DNA of 64,000 nt from the NCBI GenBank assembly GCA_024225445.1, contig JAAEMP010000073.1:415-64414 (forward strand). The letters are read 5' to 3'. The position numbers and the translations under genes are program-made. Numbering within the stretch: the stretch's first letter is position 1; every line of letters starts with the position of its first letter. Source of the stretch: Hyphomicrobiales bacterium. GTDB taxonomy: Bacteria; Pseudomonadota; Alphaproteobacteria; Rhizobiales; Rhizobiaceae. The notes below the pieces were generated by a model, which ran no database searches, was not told the DNA's origin, and was given only the letters and a program-made list of their open reading frames with translations. Positions 30,022-40,078 of the stretch are shown one piece after another.

Positions 30022-30048
30022 CATGCGCCAGCCTGTTGCTGGCGCATG
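30022..30048 (+). terminator. strong 11-bp hairpin (catgcgccagc-ctgtt-gctggcgcatg) just after the binding-protein gene; attenuator or mRNA-stabiliser-like
   Basis: Read directly. It is followed by tcttgccc, a weak T tract. It overlaps the TTG start proposed in the ORF track, which is why I move the permease start to 30075. Confidence 0.5.
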
Positions 30049-30074
30049 TCTTGCCCAAGAAAAATCAGAACATC

Positions 30075-31124
30075 ATGAGCATGACATCCAACTCACCTTC
30101 GTCTGGCGACAAGCTGTTAACCCTGCGATGGGACAACTGGCTGCTGGCATTACTGGCTGGTATTATTGCCGTGCCAATCGCCACCTTATTACTGCCAGGC
30201 TTTCTGGCCGTTGTGGTTGCCGGCATTTTTATCGCTCTAGTGGTGATCACCGCCATCGTTAATGCCTGGAGCAGGCACATCGGCGGTCTGCTGGTCGCTC
30301 CGGCCATTGCCGTACTGGTGGTGATGAATATTTTTCCATTGCTCTGGTCACTGGGACTTTCATTCTATTCCTATCGTGCAGACCGGCAAACCCTGCGGTT
30401 TCTGGGGACACGCAACTACGAACGGTTGATCACTGACCCGGTCGTCTGGGACCGGTTGACCACAACAGCCTACCTCGTGGTGCTGACGGTGGCGGTGCAA
30501 ATGGTAATAGGATTCCTGCTGGCTCTTTTGTTCTCAAAGCAGTTTCCGTTGCGTCGTTATCTGCTGATACTGGTGCTGACGCCCATGATGTTGTCCTATG
30601 TCGCTGTCGGCGCATTTTTCCGCTACTATTATGATCCCACATTCGGACTGGTGAGCCAGATTGCCAATTTATTTACCACGGAACCCTTTGTGCTGATCTC
30701 CTCTACCGCCGGTGCATTTGCGGCTATTGTCATAGCCGATGCGTGGATGTGGGCGCCTTTTGTCATGCTGCTTGTTCTGGCCGGACTGGTCAGTGTGCCC
30801 AAACACCTCTATGAGGCGGCATCTGTAGACCGGGTCCCTGGCTGGCGACGCTTCTGGTGGATCACGTTTCCCTATGTCAAAGGCCTGCTTCTGCTGGCGC
30901 TGCTGTTTCGCACGATCGAGGCGTTTAAGCTGTTTGATGTTGTTTTCATTCTCACTGATGGTGGCCAGAGCACCGAGACCATTGCGCTTTATGTATATCG
31001 GCAGGCAATTCAGTTCAACAAAACATCCTATTCTTCATCGCTTTCCTATATTTTGCTGTTCACGGTCATTGTGCTGACCAACCTGTATCTTTATCTCGCA
31101 AACCGCCGGTCGAAGGAGGCTTGA
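30075..31124 (+). CDS. carbohydrate ABC transporter permease (MalF/UgpA-like)
   Basis: Polytopic, with an EAA-loop region EAASVDRVPGWRRFWWITFP. Confidence 0.85.
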   Translation: MSMTSNSPSSGDKLLTLRWDNWLLALLAGIIAVPIATLLLPGFLAVVVAGIFIALVVITAIVNAWSRHIGGLLVAPAIAVLVVMNIFPLLWSLGLSFYSYRADRQTLRFLGTRNYERLITDPVVWDRLTTTAYLVVLTVAVQMVIGFLLALLFSKQFPLRRYLLILVLTPMMLSYVAVGAFFRYYYDPTFGLVSQIANLFTTEPFVLISSTAGAFAAIVIADAWMWAPFVMLLVLAGLVSVPKHLYEAASVDRVPGWRRFWWITFPYVKGLLLLALLFRTIEAFKLFDVVFILTDGGQSTETIALYVYRQAIQFNKTSYSSSLSYILLFTVIVLTNLYLYLANRRSKEA

Positions 31125-31125
31125 T

Positions 31126-32052
31126 ATGATGCGTTGGGTAGCCGCAAAAAACCGCGCCAAAGAAGTTGACCGGGCAGGCTGGGGACGAACCATTGCAGCC
31201 GCTGTGGTAAGTCTTATCTATTTCTTTCCGGTTTTGGTAATCATTATCACTGCATTCAAGAAGCACACTGATGCTCTGGCGGTGCCGGCCAAATTAATTC
31301 CGGATGCCTTTGACTGGCTGGTCCCGGACTATTTAACCTTTTCGCCAACCACTGAGAATTTTGTCAATGTATTTTCCCGGTCATTTTCAACCGGAGCCGC
31401 CGCCCAGGATACCGGATTTGATCTGTTTTTCTTCAATTCGATTTTTATCGCCGGATTTTCTGTACTGCTTGCACTAGTTATCGGAACTATCGCCGCATTC
31501 GGATTTTCACGATATCCACTAAAAGGTAACGATACTTACCTGTTCGTAATTCTGACCACCCGGATGCTTCCGGCCATCGTGGTTATCATTCCGGTGATGT
31601 TGATGTTCCGCGTCACCGGACTGGCGGGAACCTATACCGGCATTATTCTTCTTTATACGGCGTTCAATCTTCCATTCACAATCTGGATGATGAAGAGCTT
31701 CTTCGATGAATTGTCCCGAGACGTAGAGGATGCTGCTCGAATCGACGGTTCTTCGGACAGACGGGTATTTTTCAAGATCTGCATGCCCCAGGTTGTTGCC
31801 GGTCTGGCTGCGACAGCCGTATTCGGCCTGATCCTGACCTGGAATGAATTCCTGTTCGCACTTTTATTGACAGGTGTTGAGACCCGCACTGTCCCGGTTG
31901 CCATGTCCCAGACAATAGGCGGGGATATCGGGGTTCGCTGGGGATTGCTGGCGGCAATTGAAACCCTGTTCTTGATCCCGGTCATCCTTGTCACTTTCTT
32001 CTTGCAAAACCAGCTATTGCGCGGCGTAACATTCGGGACGGTGAAACGTTGA
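31126..32052 (+). CDS. carbohydrate ABC transporter permease (MalG/UgpE-like)
   Basis: Polytopic, with the EAA loop EDAARIDGSSDRRVFFKICMP. Confidence 0.85.
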   Translation: MMRWVAAKNRAKEVDRAGWGRTIAAAVVSLIYFFPVLVIIITAFKKHTDALAVPAKLIPDAFDWLVPDYLTFSPTTENFVNVFSRSFSTGAAAQDTGFDLFFFNSIFIAGFSVLLALVIGTIAAFGFSRYPLKGNDTYLFVILTTRMLPAIVVIIPVMLMFRVTGLAGTYTGIILLYTAFNLPFTIWMMKSFFDELSRDVEDAARIDGSSDRRVFFKICMPQVVAGLAATAVFGLILTWNEFLFALLLTGVETRTVPVAMSQTIGGDIGVRWGLLAAIETLFLIPVILVTFFLQNQLLRGVTFGTVKR

Positions 32053-33137
32053 AATCTACAATCGAACTTCGTGACGTGACCAAGAATTTCGGACAGTTTA
32101 CGGCAGTCCGGGATGTTGATCTGTTTGTTGATGCGGGTGAGGTGGTCTGCCTGCTTGGACCTTCGGGTTGCGGTAAAACCACCACTCTTAGAATGATTGC
32201 CGGCCTCGAAACACCCAGTGCAGGCGATATCCTGTTTGGAAAGAGCCGGGTAAACAATTTAACGCCCGAACAGCGAAATGTTGCGATGGTCTTTCAGTTT
32301 TATGCGCTGTATCCGGCACTGAGTGTCGAGGAAAATCTGACATTCCCGTTGTTTGCCGAACATCTGTCGAAATCCAAGCGACAGGCACGCGTTGCAGATG
32401 TTGCCGAAATTCTGCAATTGACTGATATCCTCAACCGCAAACCATCGGAAATAGCCGAAGGGGAAAAACAGCGTGTCGCGGTTGCCCGGGCGATCATCCG
32501 GGAGCCAAATTGTTTTCTATTTGACGAACCGCTATCACGCCTTGACGTCGAATTACGCGAATCGATGCGGGGCCAGATCAAGGAAGTACTGCAGGGACTG
32601 TCAAAGCCAACCGTCATCGTAACCCACGACCAGCTGGAAGCATTGACGATGGCTGATCGTATTACCATCATGCGCGACGGGCTGATTGAGCAAATCGGCA
32701 CTCCTCATGAAGTTTTTACCAAACCAGTCAATATTTTCGTTGCCAGTTTTATTGGCACACCGCAAATGAATCTTCTCGGTGTGGAATTGATCCGCTGTAA
32801 CGGCAATGACGCGGAAGTTGTGCTGGATGGAAACCCGTTGAAGTTTGGTGTTGAGGCTATCGCATCTGAGCTATCGCCGGGAGAAATTACCCTGGGGATA
32901 AGACCCCGTGCCTTTTCACTGCAGTCTGAAAGTGGCAAAGACGCCATCTCGGTAACCTCGGAGATTATAGAACCTATGGGTGCCGAAACGCTTGTTCATG
33001 CCCGGACAATTTCAGAAACGGAAATCCGCGTGGTGGTGCCGCGTGAAAAGAAAGTTACCAGCGGAGAAACGCTCCATCTGCGCCCTGATCCAGGTCAGAC
33101 CCTGGTGTTCAATAAACATGGGAAGGCGGCTTGGTGA
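32049..33137 (+). CDS. carbohydrate ABC transporter ATP-binding protein, copy 2
   Basis: TTG start overlapping the upstream stop. Walker A is GPSGCGKTT and Walker B is FLFDEP. The signature motif is degenerate (IAEGEKQRV instead of LSGGQ). Confidence 0.85.
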   Translation: MKSTIELRDVTKNFGQFTAVRDVDLFVDAGEVVCLLGPSGCGKTTTLRMIAGLETPSAGDILFGKSRVNNLTPEQRNVAMVFQFYALYPALSVEENLTFPLFAEHLSKSKRQARVADVAEILQLTDILNRKPSEIAEGEKQRVAVARAIIREPNCFLFDEPLSRLDVELRESMRGQIKEVLQGLSKPTVIVTHDQLEALTMADRITIMRDGLIEQIGTPHEVFTKPVNIFVASFIGTPQMNLLGVELIRCNGNDAEVVLDGNPLKFGVEAIASELSPGEITLGIRPRAFSLQSESGKDAISVTSEIIEPMGAETLVHARTISETEIRVVVPREKKVTSGETLHLRPDPGQTLVFNKHGKAAW

Positions 33138-33568
33138 TGAACAAAACGAAAAACCGGAAATTGACCCTGTCTTCAGCGCTTCGCCTTGAATTTGGTATAA
33201 TCGGGCTTGGCGTGGTGGCACTTGCGATGATCTTCCAGCCGTTCAGCCTGTCGGTGTTTTCAGCAGGTTGCGGCCTGGTGGTGCTGGCAGCACTGGCAAA
33301 TAACCTGTTACCGCTGGCAGAACCGGGAACACCAATACGCCAAATTATATTTGCGGCTGTCGTCGTGTTGCTAGTTTTCTGCACTGCTTTGCTGGTCGCT
33401 ATTGTGGCCGCGCATCTCTATGGCCTGGCCTATCTAAAAGCACCGGCCGCGTCCGTGTTATCGAGGGTTCCGGCGCAGCCGTATTGGCAACATTCGCTGT
33501 TCTGGGGATTGGCCATTGCCGATGCTGTGCTGTGGTTCGCCGTATTTCGACTTACCGGGAGTAAATAA
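33137..33568 (+). CDS. small hydrophobic protein (about 4 TM), unknown function, embedded in the sugar operon
   Basis: Its ATG overlaps the ATPase stop by 1 nt and it ends 3 nt before the kinase ATG. There is no recognisable motif, so coding is inferred from the tight packing. Confidence 0.5.
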   Translation: MNKTKNRKLTLSSALRLEFGIIGLGVVALAMIFQPFSLSVFSAGCGLVVLAALANNLLPLAEPGTPIRQIIFAAVVVLLVFCTALLVAIVAAHLYGLAYLKAPAASVLSRVPAQPYWQHSLFWGLAIADAVLWFAVFRLTGSK

Positions 33569-33571
33569 GTG

Positions 33572-34519
33572 ATGGCATATGATGTATCCATTATCGGATT
33601 GTATATTCTGGATGTGCTTGGAAGACCGATAAGCAAGATTCCGGAAGGCGGCAATGTTGAATTCATTGACGAAATCCGATTAACCGTTGCCGGAACAGCC
33701 GGAGGCACTGTCGTTGATACCGCCAAACTTGGCTTGAACAGCCTGGCGGTTGGTGCGGTTGGTGATGATGAAAAAGCCGATTGGGTGCTAATGACCCTGG
33801 AGCGACACGGCGTAGATGTTTCTGCCATGCAGCGCCTTGCCGGCATACCGACCTCAGCCACCATTCTCAACGTTCGCCCAAATGGTGACCGCCCGGCCTT
33901 GCATGTTCGCGGAGCTTCGGACCACTTCGATGTGCCATCATCAATGTACGATCAGGTATTCGACGCTCCGATAATCCACCTGGGTGGCACTGGACTGCTT
34001 AAAAGACTCGATGGCAAACAAAGCGAAATACTTTTGGCTGAAGCCAAGCGCCGCGGACGAACCGTCACTTTTGACCTGATCGCAACCGATCAGAACACGA
34101 TCAGAATTGTCAGGCCATTGCTGCCTTATATCGATTATTTCATGCCTTCGATAGAAGAAGCGCGCGATCTTGCTGACAAACAAACGGCTGATGATTGCGC
34201 TGATGCAATGCTGAATGCCGGTGCCAAAGCCTGTGTATTTACCCTCGGCCCCGATGGAGCCTATTTTGCCGCCAGCGATGGAACACGCAAGACCTCTCCC
34301 GCCTATGATATCGAAGTAACAGACACGACCGGTTGCGGTGATGCATTCGATGCCGGATTTATCACCGCGCTTCACCACAACATGGATCTCGACACAGCCC
34401 TGCGTTTCGCACAGGCATCCGCCGCACTTGTGGCTTCCGGTCTGGGTTCTGATGCCGGTATTGTTTCATTTGATGATACACGCAACGCTATGGAAAGCCT
34501 GCCTGTGAAAAATGTCTGA
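33572..34519 (+). CDS. PfkB-family carbohydrate kinase
   Basis: It has the N-terminal GG motif region and the C-terminal DTTGCGDAFDAGF signature. Confidence 0.85.
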   Translation: MAYDVSIIGLYILDVLGRPISKIPEGGNVEFIDEIRLTVAGTAGGTVVDTAKLGLNSLAVGAVGDDEKADWVLMTLERHGVDVSAMQRLAGIPTSATILNVRPNGDRPALHVRGASDHFDVPSSMYDQVFDAPIIHLGGTGLLKRLDGKQSEILLAEAKRRGRTVTFDLIATDQNTIRIVRPLLPYIDYFMPSIEEARDLADKQTADDCADAMLNAGAKACVFTLGPDGAYFAASDGTRKTSPAYDIEVTDTTGCGDAFDAGFITALHHNMDLDTALRFAQASAALVASGLGSDAGIVSFDDTRNAMESLPVKNV

Positions 34520-34557
34520 GATGGTTGCCGGCCACATGAAACCAGAAAGGAAGAAAT

Positions 34558-35406
34558 ATGCTGCTTGGTTTTAATATGCTTTTGTGGACGCCTAGCGTCA
34601 CCGAAGAGCATTTCCCGATTTTCGAGACGCTGAAAAAGACCGGATATGACGGCGTCGAGCTGCCAATTTTTGACGGCACTCCAGAACACTTTGCAACCGT
34701 TGGAGAAGCCGCCCGCAATAGCGGTCTGAGAACAACAGCCGTATGTGTCATGCCGGATGAGGCGCATGACTGCCTGAGCAGTGACAAATCGGTTCAGGAA
34801 GCTGCGCTTGGCCACATCCGTTGGGCAATTGATTGCCTGGCGGCGGCCGGCGGTGAGGTACTTTGTGGCCCGTTCCATCAACCGCTTGGCGTATTTTCCG
34901 GCAATCCCCCCAGCGAAGAAGAGTGGACCAACCTGGTTGGGGTACATCAGCAGGCGGCGAAATATGCAGCTGAAAACAATGTCAAACTGGCGGTTGAACC
35001 GCTCAATCGATTTGAGTGTTATGTATTGAATACCGTCGAAGATGCGGCAGGCATTGCGCGACGGGTGAACGCCCCGAATTATGGTCTTTTATATGACACG
35101 TTTCACGCCAATATCGAGGAAAAGGATCCTGTCGGGGCCATCACTCCCCATCTTGATGCGATCAGCCACGTTCACTTTTCTGAGAATGATCGGGGTACTC
35201 CGGGTAAAGGACATGTGCCCTGGAGTGCTACTATGGCAGCATTGAAACAGGGTGGGTACGATGGCTGGTGTACGATCGAGGCTTTTGGTCGTTCAATGCC
35301 AGAAGTTGCTGCTGCCACCATGGTATGGCGCGATTTCTTCCCTTCAACGGATGAAGTTTACCGGTTCGGCCATGATTTCCTGAGAGAAACCTGGGCGAGG
35401 TCATAG
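34558..35406 (+). CDS. sugar phosphate isomerase/epimerase (TIM barrel; ketose 3-epimerase-like)
   Basis: 282 aa with LAVEPLNRFE, DTFHANIEE and the HVHFSENDRG metal/catalytic pattern. Confidence 0.8.
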   Translation: MLLGFNMLLWTPSVTEEHFPIFETLKKTGYDGVELPIFDGTPEHFATVGEAARNSGLRTTAVCVMPDEAHDCLSSDKSVQEAALGHIRWAIDCLAAAGGEVLCGPFHQPLGVFSGNPPSEEEWTNLVGVHQQAAKYAAENNVKLAVEPLNRFECYVLNTVEDAAGIARRVNAPNYGLLYDTFHANIEEKDPVGAITPHLDAISHVHFSENDRGTPGKGHVPWSATMAALKQGGYDGWCTIEAFGRSMPEVAAATMVWRDFFPSTDEVYRFGHDFLRETWARS

Positions 35407-35461
35407 ACCTGTAAACAGGTGCGAAATCCAACCAGACAAATATGTGATGAAGGAATCCGAC

Positions 35462-35791
35462 ATGAAACGCATGGGAATGGTAATCGGCGTAAAGGCAGCT
35501 GACATTGCGGAATATAAACGTCTGCACGCAAATGTCTGGCCGGCTATTCTGGATCGGCTCGGTAAAAGCAATATTACCAACTATTCGATTTTCCTGCGAG
35601 AGCCGGAAAACCTGATGTTCGCCTACTGGGAGTATATTGGTGATGATTTCGATACTGATAATCAGGCAATCGCCGAAGATCCGAAAACCAAAGAATGGTG
35701 GAATATATGCGGCCCGATGCAGGTGCCGCTGACGACCCGGGCAGAAGGGGAATGGTGGGCGCCTATGGAAGAGGTTTTTCACTTGCAGTAA
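35462..35791 (+). CDS. rhaM: L-rhamnose mutarotase family protein
   Basis: MKRMGMVIGVKAADIAEYKRLHANVWP..NYSIF..EWW is the RhaM signature. An AAGGAA RBS precedes the ATG at 35462. Confidence 0.8.
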   Translation: MKRMGMVIGVKAADIAEYKRLHANVWPAILDRLGKSNITNYSIFLREPENLMFAYWEYIGDDFDTDNQAIAEDPKTKEWWNICGPMQVPLTTRAEGEWWAPMEEVFHLQ

Positions 35792-35902
35792 TCAATCTTT
35801 CAATGCAAGCCGTCAGATTCTGAGGGTAAAATAGTAAAATAAGACCACATATTAGCCTGTGCAGGTTTATCAATAGCAGCAGATTTCAGGGAAACATTCA
35901 AT

Positions 35903-36658
35903 ATGAACACATATGACCTAACCAACCGCGTCGCCATTATTACCGGAGGTGGACAGGGGATTGGCTACACCGTTGCCAAACGCATTCTTGACAGCGGTGG
36001 TCTGGTTTCTGTCTGGGATATTGACCAGGGCCTGCTCGATAAACTGGCAGAATCACTGGGCGCAGATGATCACCGGCTGCAGGCACTCAATGTGAATATC
36101 GGCGACCTTGATGCAGTTAAAAAAGGTGTAGCGGCGGCAATTGATAAGTTTGGCAAGATAGATATTCTGATTAACAATGCGGCGATTGTCGGTCCCAATG
36201 CACCAACCTGGGAATATCCCGCCCAGGATTTTATCGATGTAATTCATATCGGACTGGTCGGCACATTCAATGTAAGCCGCAGTGTTGTACCGCACATGAT
36301 CAAAGCCAATTATGGCCGCATCGTCAATGTCAGCTCGGTTGCCGGCAAGGAAGGCAATCCAAATGCTCCGGCTTATTCATCAATGAAGGCTGGAGTATTG
36401 GCGCTGACCAAGTCACTGGGCAAGGAGCTGGCAGATTATGAGATTTCGGTGAATGCCGTAACCCCGGCTGTCGCCAAGACGACCATGGCACTGAGCCAGG
36501 ATCCGGAATTCCTCAAGATGATCCTGTCAAAAATTCCGCGAGGCAGAATGCTTGAACTGTCGGAAGCCGCTTCAATGATCTGCTGGCTGGCCAGTGAAGA
36601 AAACTCGTTCACCACCGCCTCAACCTTTGATCTGTCCGGCGGTCGGGCAACCTACTGA
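35903..36658 (+). CDS. short-chain dehydrogenase/reductase (SDR)
   Basis: It has TGGGQGIG, NNAA and YSSMK (YxxxK). Confidence 0.85.
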   Translation: MNTYDLTNRVAIITGGGQGIGYTVAKRILDSGGLVSVWDIDQGLLDKLAESLGADDHRLQALNVNIGDLDAVKKGVAAAIDKFGKIDILINNAAIVGPNAPTWEYPAQDFIDVIHIGLVGTFNVSRSVVPHMIKANYGRIVNVSSVAGKEGNPNAPAYSSMKAGVLALTKSLGKELADYEISVNAVTPAVAKTTMALSQDPEFLKMILSKIPRGRMLELSEAASMICWLASEENSFTTASTFDLSGGRATY

Positions 36659-36966
36659 ACGAAACTGCCGCTGATATTTTTCTTTTGGGTGCCGGGTGTT
36701 TTTTGATAGCCAGCTATACGCATCAGGCTTTCCATCCTTGAATCAGCTTGGTATCCCACGCTAACCTTGGCCTATCGCTTGTTCAGCATGGCATTGCTTA
36801 ATATCCATCATATTTGTAAAAAGAATCGTACAGGGCTGTCATGTTTGACACTTCACAAACCCGATATTCCAATTTTCAAGCCTGCTTGACTGAAATCAAG
36901 GACTGAGAACCAGGGACGGAATATTATAAGAGCATCCCCACATTTTGAAAACGAAAGGACGTTAGT

Positions 36967-37383
36967 ATGGTTGAATCCTCAAACACAGGCGGACACTGGC
37001 CTAATATTTTTGAACCATTTCGTACCGTGGGCAGCAAGATCGCCGACTGGTTTTCGCCGATCTCGGAAGCATCATCGGGCGAAGATGTCTACAAAATTGT
37101 GCTGGAGTTGCCCGGCGTAAAAACCGATGATATCGATATCGCGCTGCATAATCACAATTTGACCATCAAGGGTGACAAATATTCTGAGCGGGAGGAAAAG
37201 GAGGGCTCCTATTTCTTCAGCGAACGCCAGTACGGCGCCTTTCAGAGAAGTTTTCGCCTGCCTGCTGACGCTTCGGATGATGATATCAAAGCCGATTTCA
37301 AGGATGGCGTGCTGACGGTACTGATTGGACGTGAAAAAGCCGAAAAGGCCGGCACCAAACGGGTCAAGATCAACACCGGTTAA
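36967..37383 (+). CDS. Hsp20/alpha-crystallin small heat-shock protein
   Basis: 138 aa with an alpha-crystallin domain (LPGVKTDDIDI..F.R.F.LP...D...I.A.F.DGVL.V). Confidence 0.9.
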   Translation: MVESSNTGGHWPNIFEPFRTVGSKIADWFSPISEASSGEDVYKIVLELPGVKTDDIDIALHNHNLTIKGDKYSEREEKEGSYFFSERQYGAFQRSFRLPADASDDDIKADFKDGVLTVLIGREKAEKAGTKRVKINTG

Positions 37384-37618
37384 TCGATACGCCGGGGCCG
37401 GCGAAATGCAGACCATGAGTAATTACCGGCAATCTGCTCGGATTGCGGCATCGGGATTTTTATTTCAAACCCGGTTAGAAGGTGTTGACGTGCCGAATGT
37501 TACGGGTCTGTATCACTGGTGTTAACTGATCGTGCTGACCCAGGGCATCAAAAGGTCGCCAAATGTCCGGATGAATGAATAATATCATTATTGTTGCAGA
37601 AAGCTGGAGACCATCAGA

Positions 37619-40078
37619 ATGGTAAAGAAAATCAAGGCAAAGGTTCCGCTGGCGGCAGATCAGCTTTGTGCCACCTGCGATGCATCGATGTTTGATTTCA
37701 GGACAACCAGAGATCTGGAACCAAGCGAAGGTCTGGTTGGACAGCAACGCGCCCTTGGCGCCATCAGGATGGCGGCAAAAATCAGGCATGATGACTTTAA
37801 TCTGTTTGTATTGGGTAATTCGGGCAGCGGCCGGCATACAGCAGTGGGAGAAATTCTCGGCCAGGAGGCCGCCAATCGACCGGTACCCAATGACTGGGTC
37901 TATGTGAATAATTTTGAGGCACCCCACAAACCGGTTGCCATTGAGCTTGCACCGGGACTGGCAAACCGTCTGAAGATGGCGATGGAGACGCTGGTAGATG
38001 ATCTGGCAAACAATATTCCGGCGATTTTTGATTCCGAAGATTATCAAACCCAGCGACGCCAGATCGACCAGGAATTTGGCGATCAGAATGAGCAATCCTT
38101 CAGCCAACTGGGTGAAAGTGCGCACAAGAGAAATGTTGCCATTCTGCGCACGCCGATGGGTTTTGCGGTGGCTGCAATGCACGATGGGGAAACGATCAAG
38201 CCGGATGATTACAACGCCTTGTCAAAGGAAGAGCGCCAGCAGATCGATAACAATGTTGCAACCACCCAAAAAGAACTCGAAGCCCTGCTCAAGCAGGTTC
38301 CCAACCGGGAAAAGGAACGCCGTCTATCTGTCGAGAAACTCAATGCACGCATGGCGGAACAGGGAGTGGAGGATTGTATCAGGGAGCTGGAGCATGAATT
38401 CCAAACTGTGGAAACGGTGGCAAAATATCTCGCATCCGTGCGCGCCGACCTTGTCAAGAATGCCGATATTTTTCTCAATTCTGAACCCGCCCACAAAGTC
38501 GGCACCTTTCCGGTCGCCACATCAAAACATTATACCAAAGCACAGTTTCAACGTTACGCCGTCAATGTGATGGTCTCCAACGATCCCTCCAGTGAAGCGG
38601 ATGCGCCAGTGGTGAGAGCAGATATGCCGAGCCTTGCCAATCTGACTGGCCGGGTGGAACATGCCTCCGAGATGGGAGCGCTGATTACCAACTTCACGAT
38701 GATAAAACCCGGCGCGCTGCATCGCGCAAATGGCGGGTATCTGGTCCTCGATGCAAGAAGGATACTGAGCGAACCATTTGCATGGGATGCGCTCAAACGC
38801 TGTCTTGAGACAGGGGTTATCTCGATTGTACCGGCGGGTGAAAAACTCGGCCTGATCACGACAACTTCACTGGAGCCGGATCCAATCCCCCTGAATGTAC
38901 GCATTGTACTGATTGGTGAGCGCATGCTCTATTATCTGCTGGCAGCGCTTGATTCGGATTTTCAAAACCTGTTCAAGCTGCAGGCTGATTTCAATGACAT
39001 GGGGGATCGTTCGAAAGAGACCCTGAAACTGCATGCCAGCATGATTGGTTCAATTGCCAGACGTGAAAATCTCAGGGCAATCAACGCCAAGGGCGTTGCC
39101 AGATTGCTGCAGGAGGGCTCACGCCTTGTTGATGATGCCGAGAGACTGTCGCTTAATCCGGGTCAAATATCGGACATATTGAGGGAAGCCGATTACTGGA
39201 CTGCTGAAGCCGGCAGAAAGATCATCGGCCCGCAGGATATAGAAAAGGCTATTCACGAAACAGACCAGCGCGCCAGCCGGATCCGCGAACTTTCCCAAGA
39301 GGCGATCAACAGAAATACCGTACTGATCGATACCGATGGGCATGAATGCGGCCAGATCAACGCGCTTTCAGTGCTGCAGATTGGCAGTTACCGTTTCGGA
39401 CGGCCATCGCGGGTCACCGCCAGGGTTCGAATGGGGACCGGAAAAGTGGTCGATATAGAGCGCGAGGTCGAACTGGGCGGATCGATCCATTCGAAAGGCG
39501 TGATGATCCTTTCCAGCTATCTGGCAACCAGTTATGCGCTTGATGTACCGATGTCACTTTGGGCAAGCATCGCGTTTGAGCAAAGTTACGGCGGCGTCGA
39601 TGGCGACAGTGCTTCGGCAGCCGAACTGTTCGTGCTCCTTTCCGCTCTCAGCCAATTGCCCGTCGACCAGTCATTTGCAGTCACCGGTTCGGTAAACCAG
39701 CGCGGAGAAATTCAGGCGATTGGCGGCATCAATGAGAAAATCGAAGGATTCTTCGATATTTGTTCGGCACGGGGCCTGAGCGGGCGACAGGGGATATTGA
39801 TGCCCGTTTCAAATGTCAAAAATCTGGTGCTGCGTTCACGAGTGGTTGAGGCTGTGAAAAAGAAGAGGTTCAGGATCATCGCCATTGAAACGATCGATCA
39901 GGGGATAGAAGTATTGACCGGTTGCAAGGCTGGCAGTCGAAGCAAAAAAGGCGAATACCCAGGAAATTCGGTGAATGGACTGGTGGAGGCACGGCTCAGA
40001 AGTTTTGCTGAACGTCGTTTGGAGTTTGCAAAATCAGCAAAAGATAGCGATGGCACAAAGCGGGAGGAATTAGGTTGA
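37619..40078 (+). CDS. Lon-family (LonB/COG1067-like) ATP-dependent protease homolog
   Basis: 819 aa. Walker A is GNSGSGRHT. The C-terminal Lon proteolytic domain has the VDGDSASAAE serine motif and a downstream INEKIEGFF lysine region. Confidence 0.8.
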   Translation: MVKKIKAKVPLAADQLCATCDASMFDFRTTRDLEPSEGLVGQQRALGAIRMAAKIRHDDFNLFVLGNSGSGRHTAVGEILGQEAANRPVPNDWVYVNNFEAPHKPVAIELAPGLANRLKMAMETLVDDLANNIPAIFDSEDYQTQRRQIDQEFGDQNEQSFSQLGESAHKRNVAILRTPMGFAVAAMHDGETIKPDDYNALSKEERQQIDNNVATTQKELEALLKQVPNREKERRLSVEKLNARMAEQGVEDCIRELEHEFQTVETVAKYLASVRADLVKNADIFLNSEPAHKVGTFPVATSKHYTKAQFQRYAVNVMVSNDPSSEADAPVVRADMPSLANLTGRVEHASEMGALITNFTMIKPGALHRANGGYLVLDARRILSEPFAWDALKRCLETGVISIVPAGEKLGLITTTSLEPDPIPLNVRIVLIGERMLYYLLAALDSDFQNLFKLQADFNDMGDRSKETLKLHASMIGSIARRENLRAINAKGVARLLQEGSRLVDDAERLSLNPGQISDILREADYWTAEAGRKIIGPQDIEKAIHETDQRASRIRELSQEAINRNTVLIDTDGHECGQINALSVLQIGSYRFGRPSRVTARVRMGTGKVVDIEREVELGGSIHSKGVMILSSYLATSYALDVPMSLWASIAFEQSYGGVDGDSASAAELFVLLSALSQLPVDQSFAVTGSVNQRGEIQAIGGINEKIEGFFDICSARGLSGRQGILMPVSNVKNLVLRSRVVEAVKKKRFRIIAIETIDQGIEVLTGCKAGSRSKKGEYPGNSVNGLVEARLRSFAERRLEFAKSAKDSDGTKREELG

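Noticed and set aside
36700-36966. Sigma-32 promoter or ROSE-type RNA thermometer upstream of hsp20
   Set aside because: I found only partial matches: CTTGAA..CCCACGCT about 200 nt upstream, and CCCCACAT without a properly spaced -35. There is no clear anti-SD hairpin over the AAAGGA RBS. This needs folding software, so I did not call it.
37475-38182. 235-aa minus-strand ORF
   Set aside because: It overlaps the 5' part of the Lon-like gene on the opposite strand. It has no motif and a low-complexity composition.
37619-40078. Lon-like protease as BREX BrxL or another phage-defence component
   Set aside because: No PglX, PglZ, BrxA/B/C or other defence genes are nearby. The neighbours are a chaperone and stress-type proteins.
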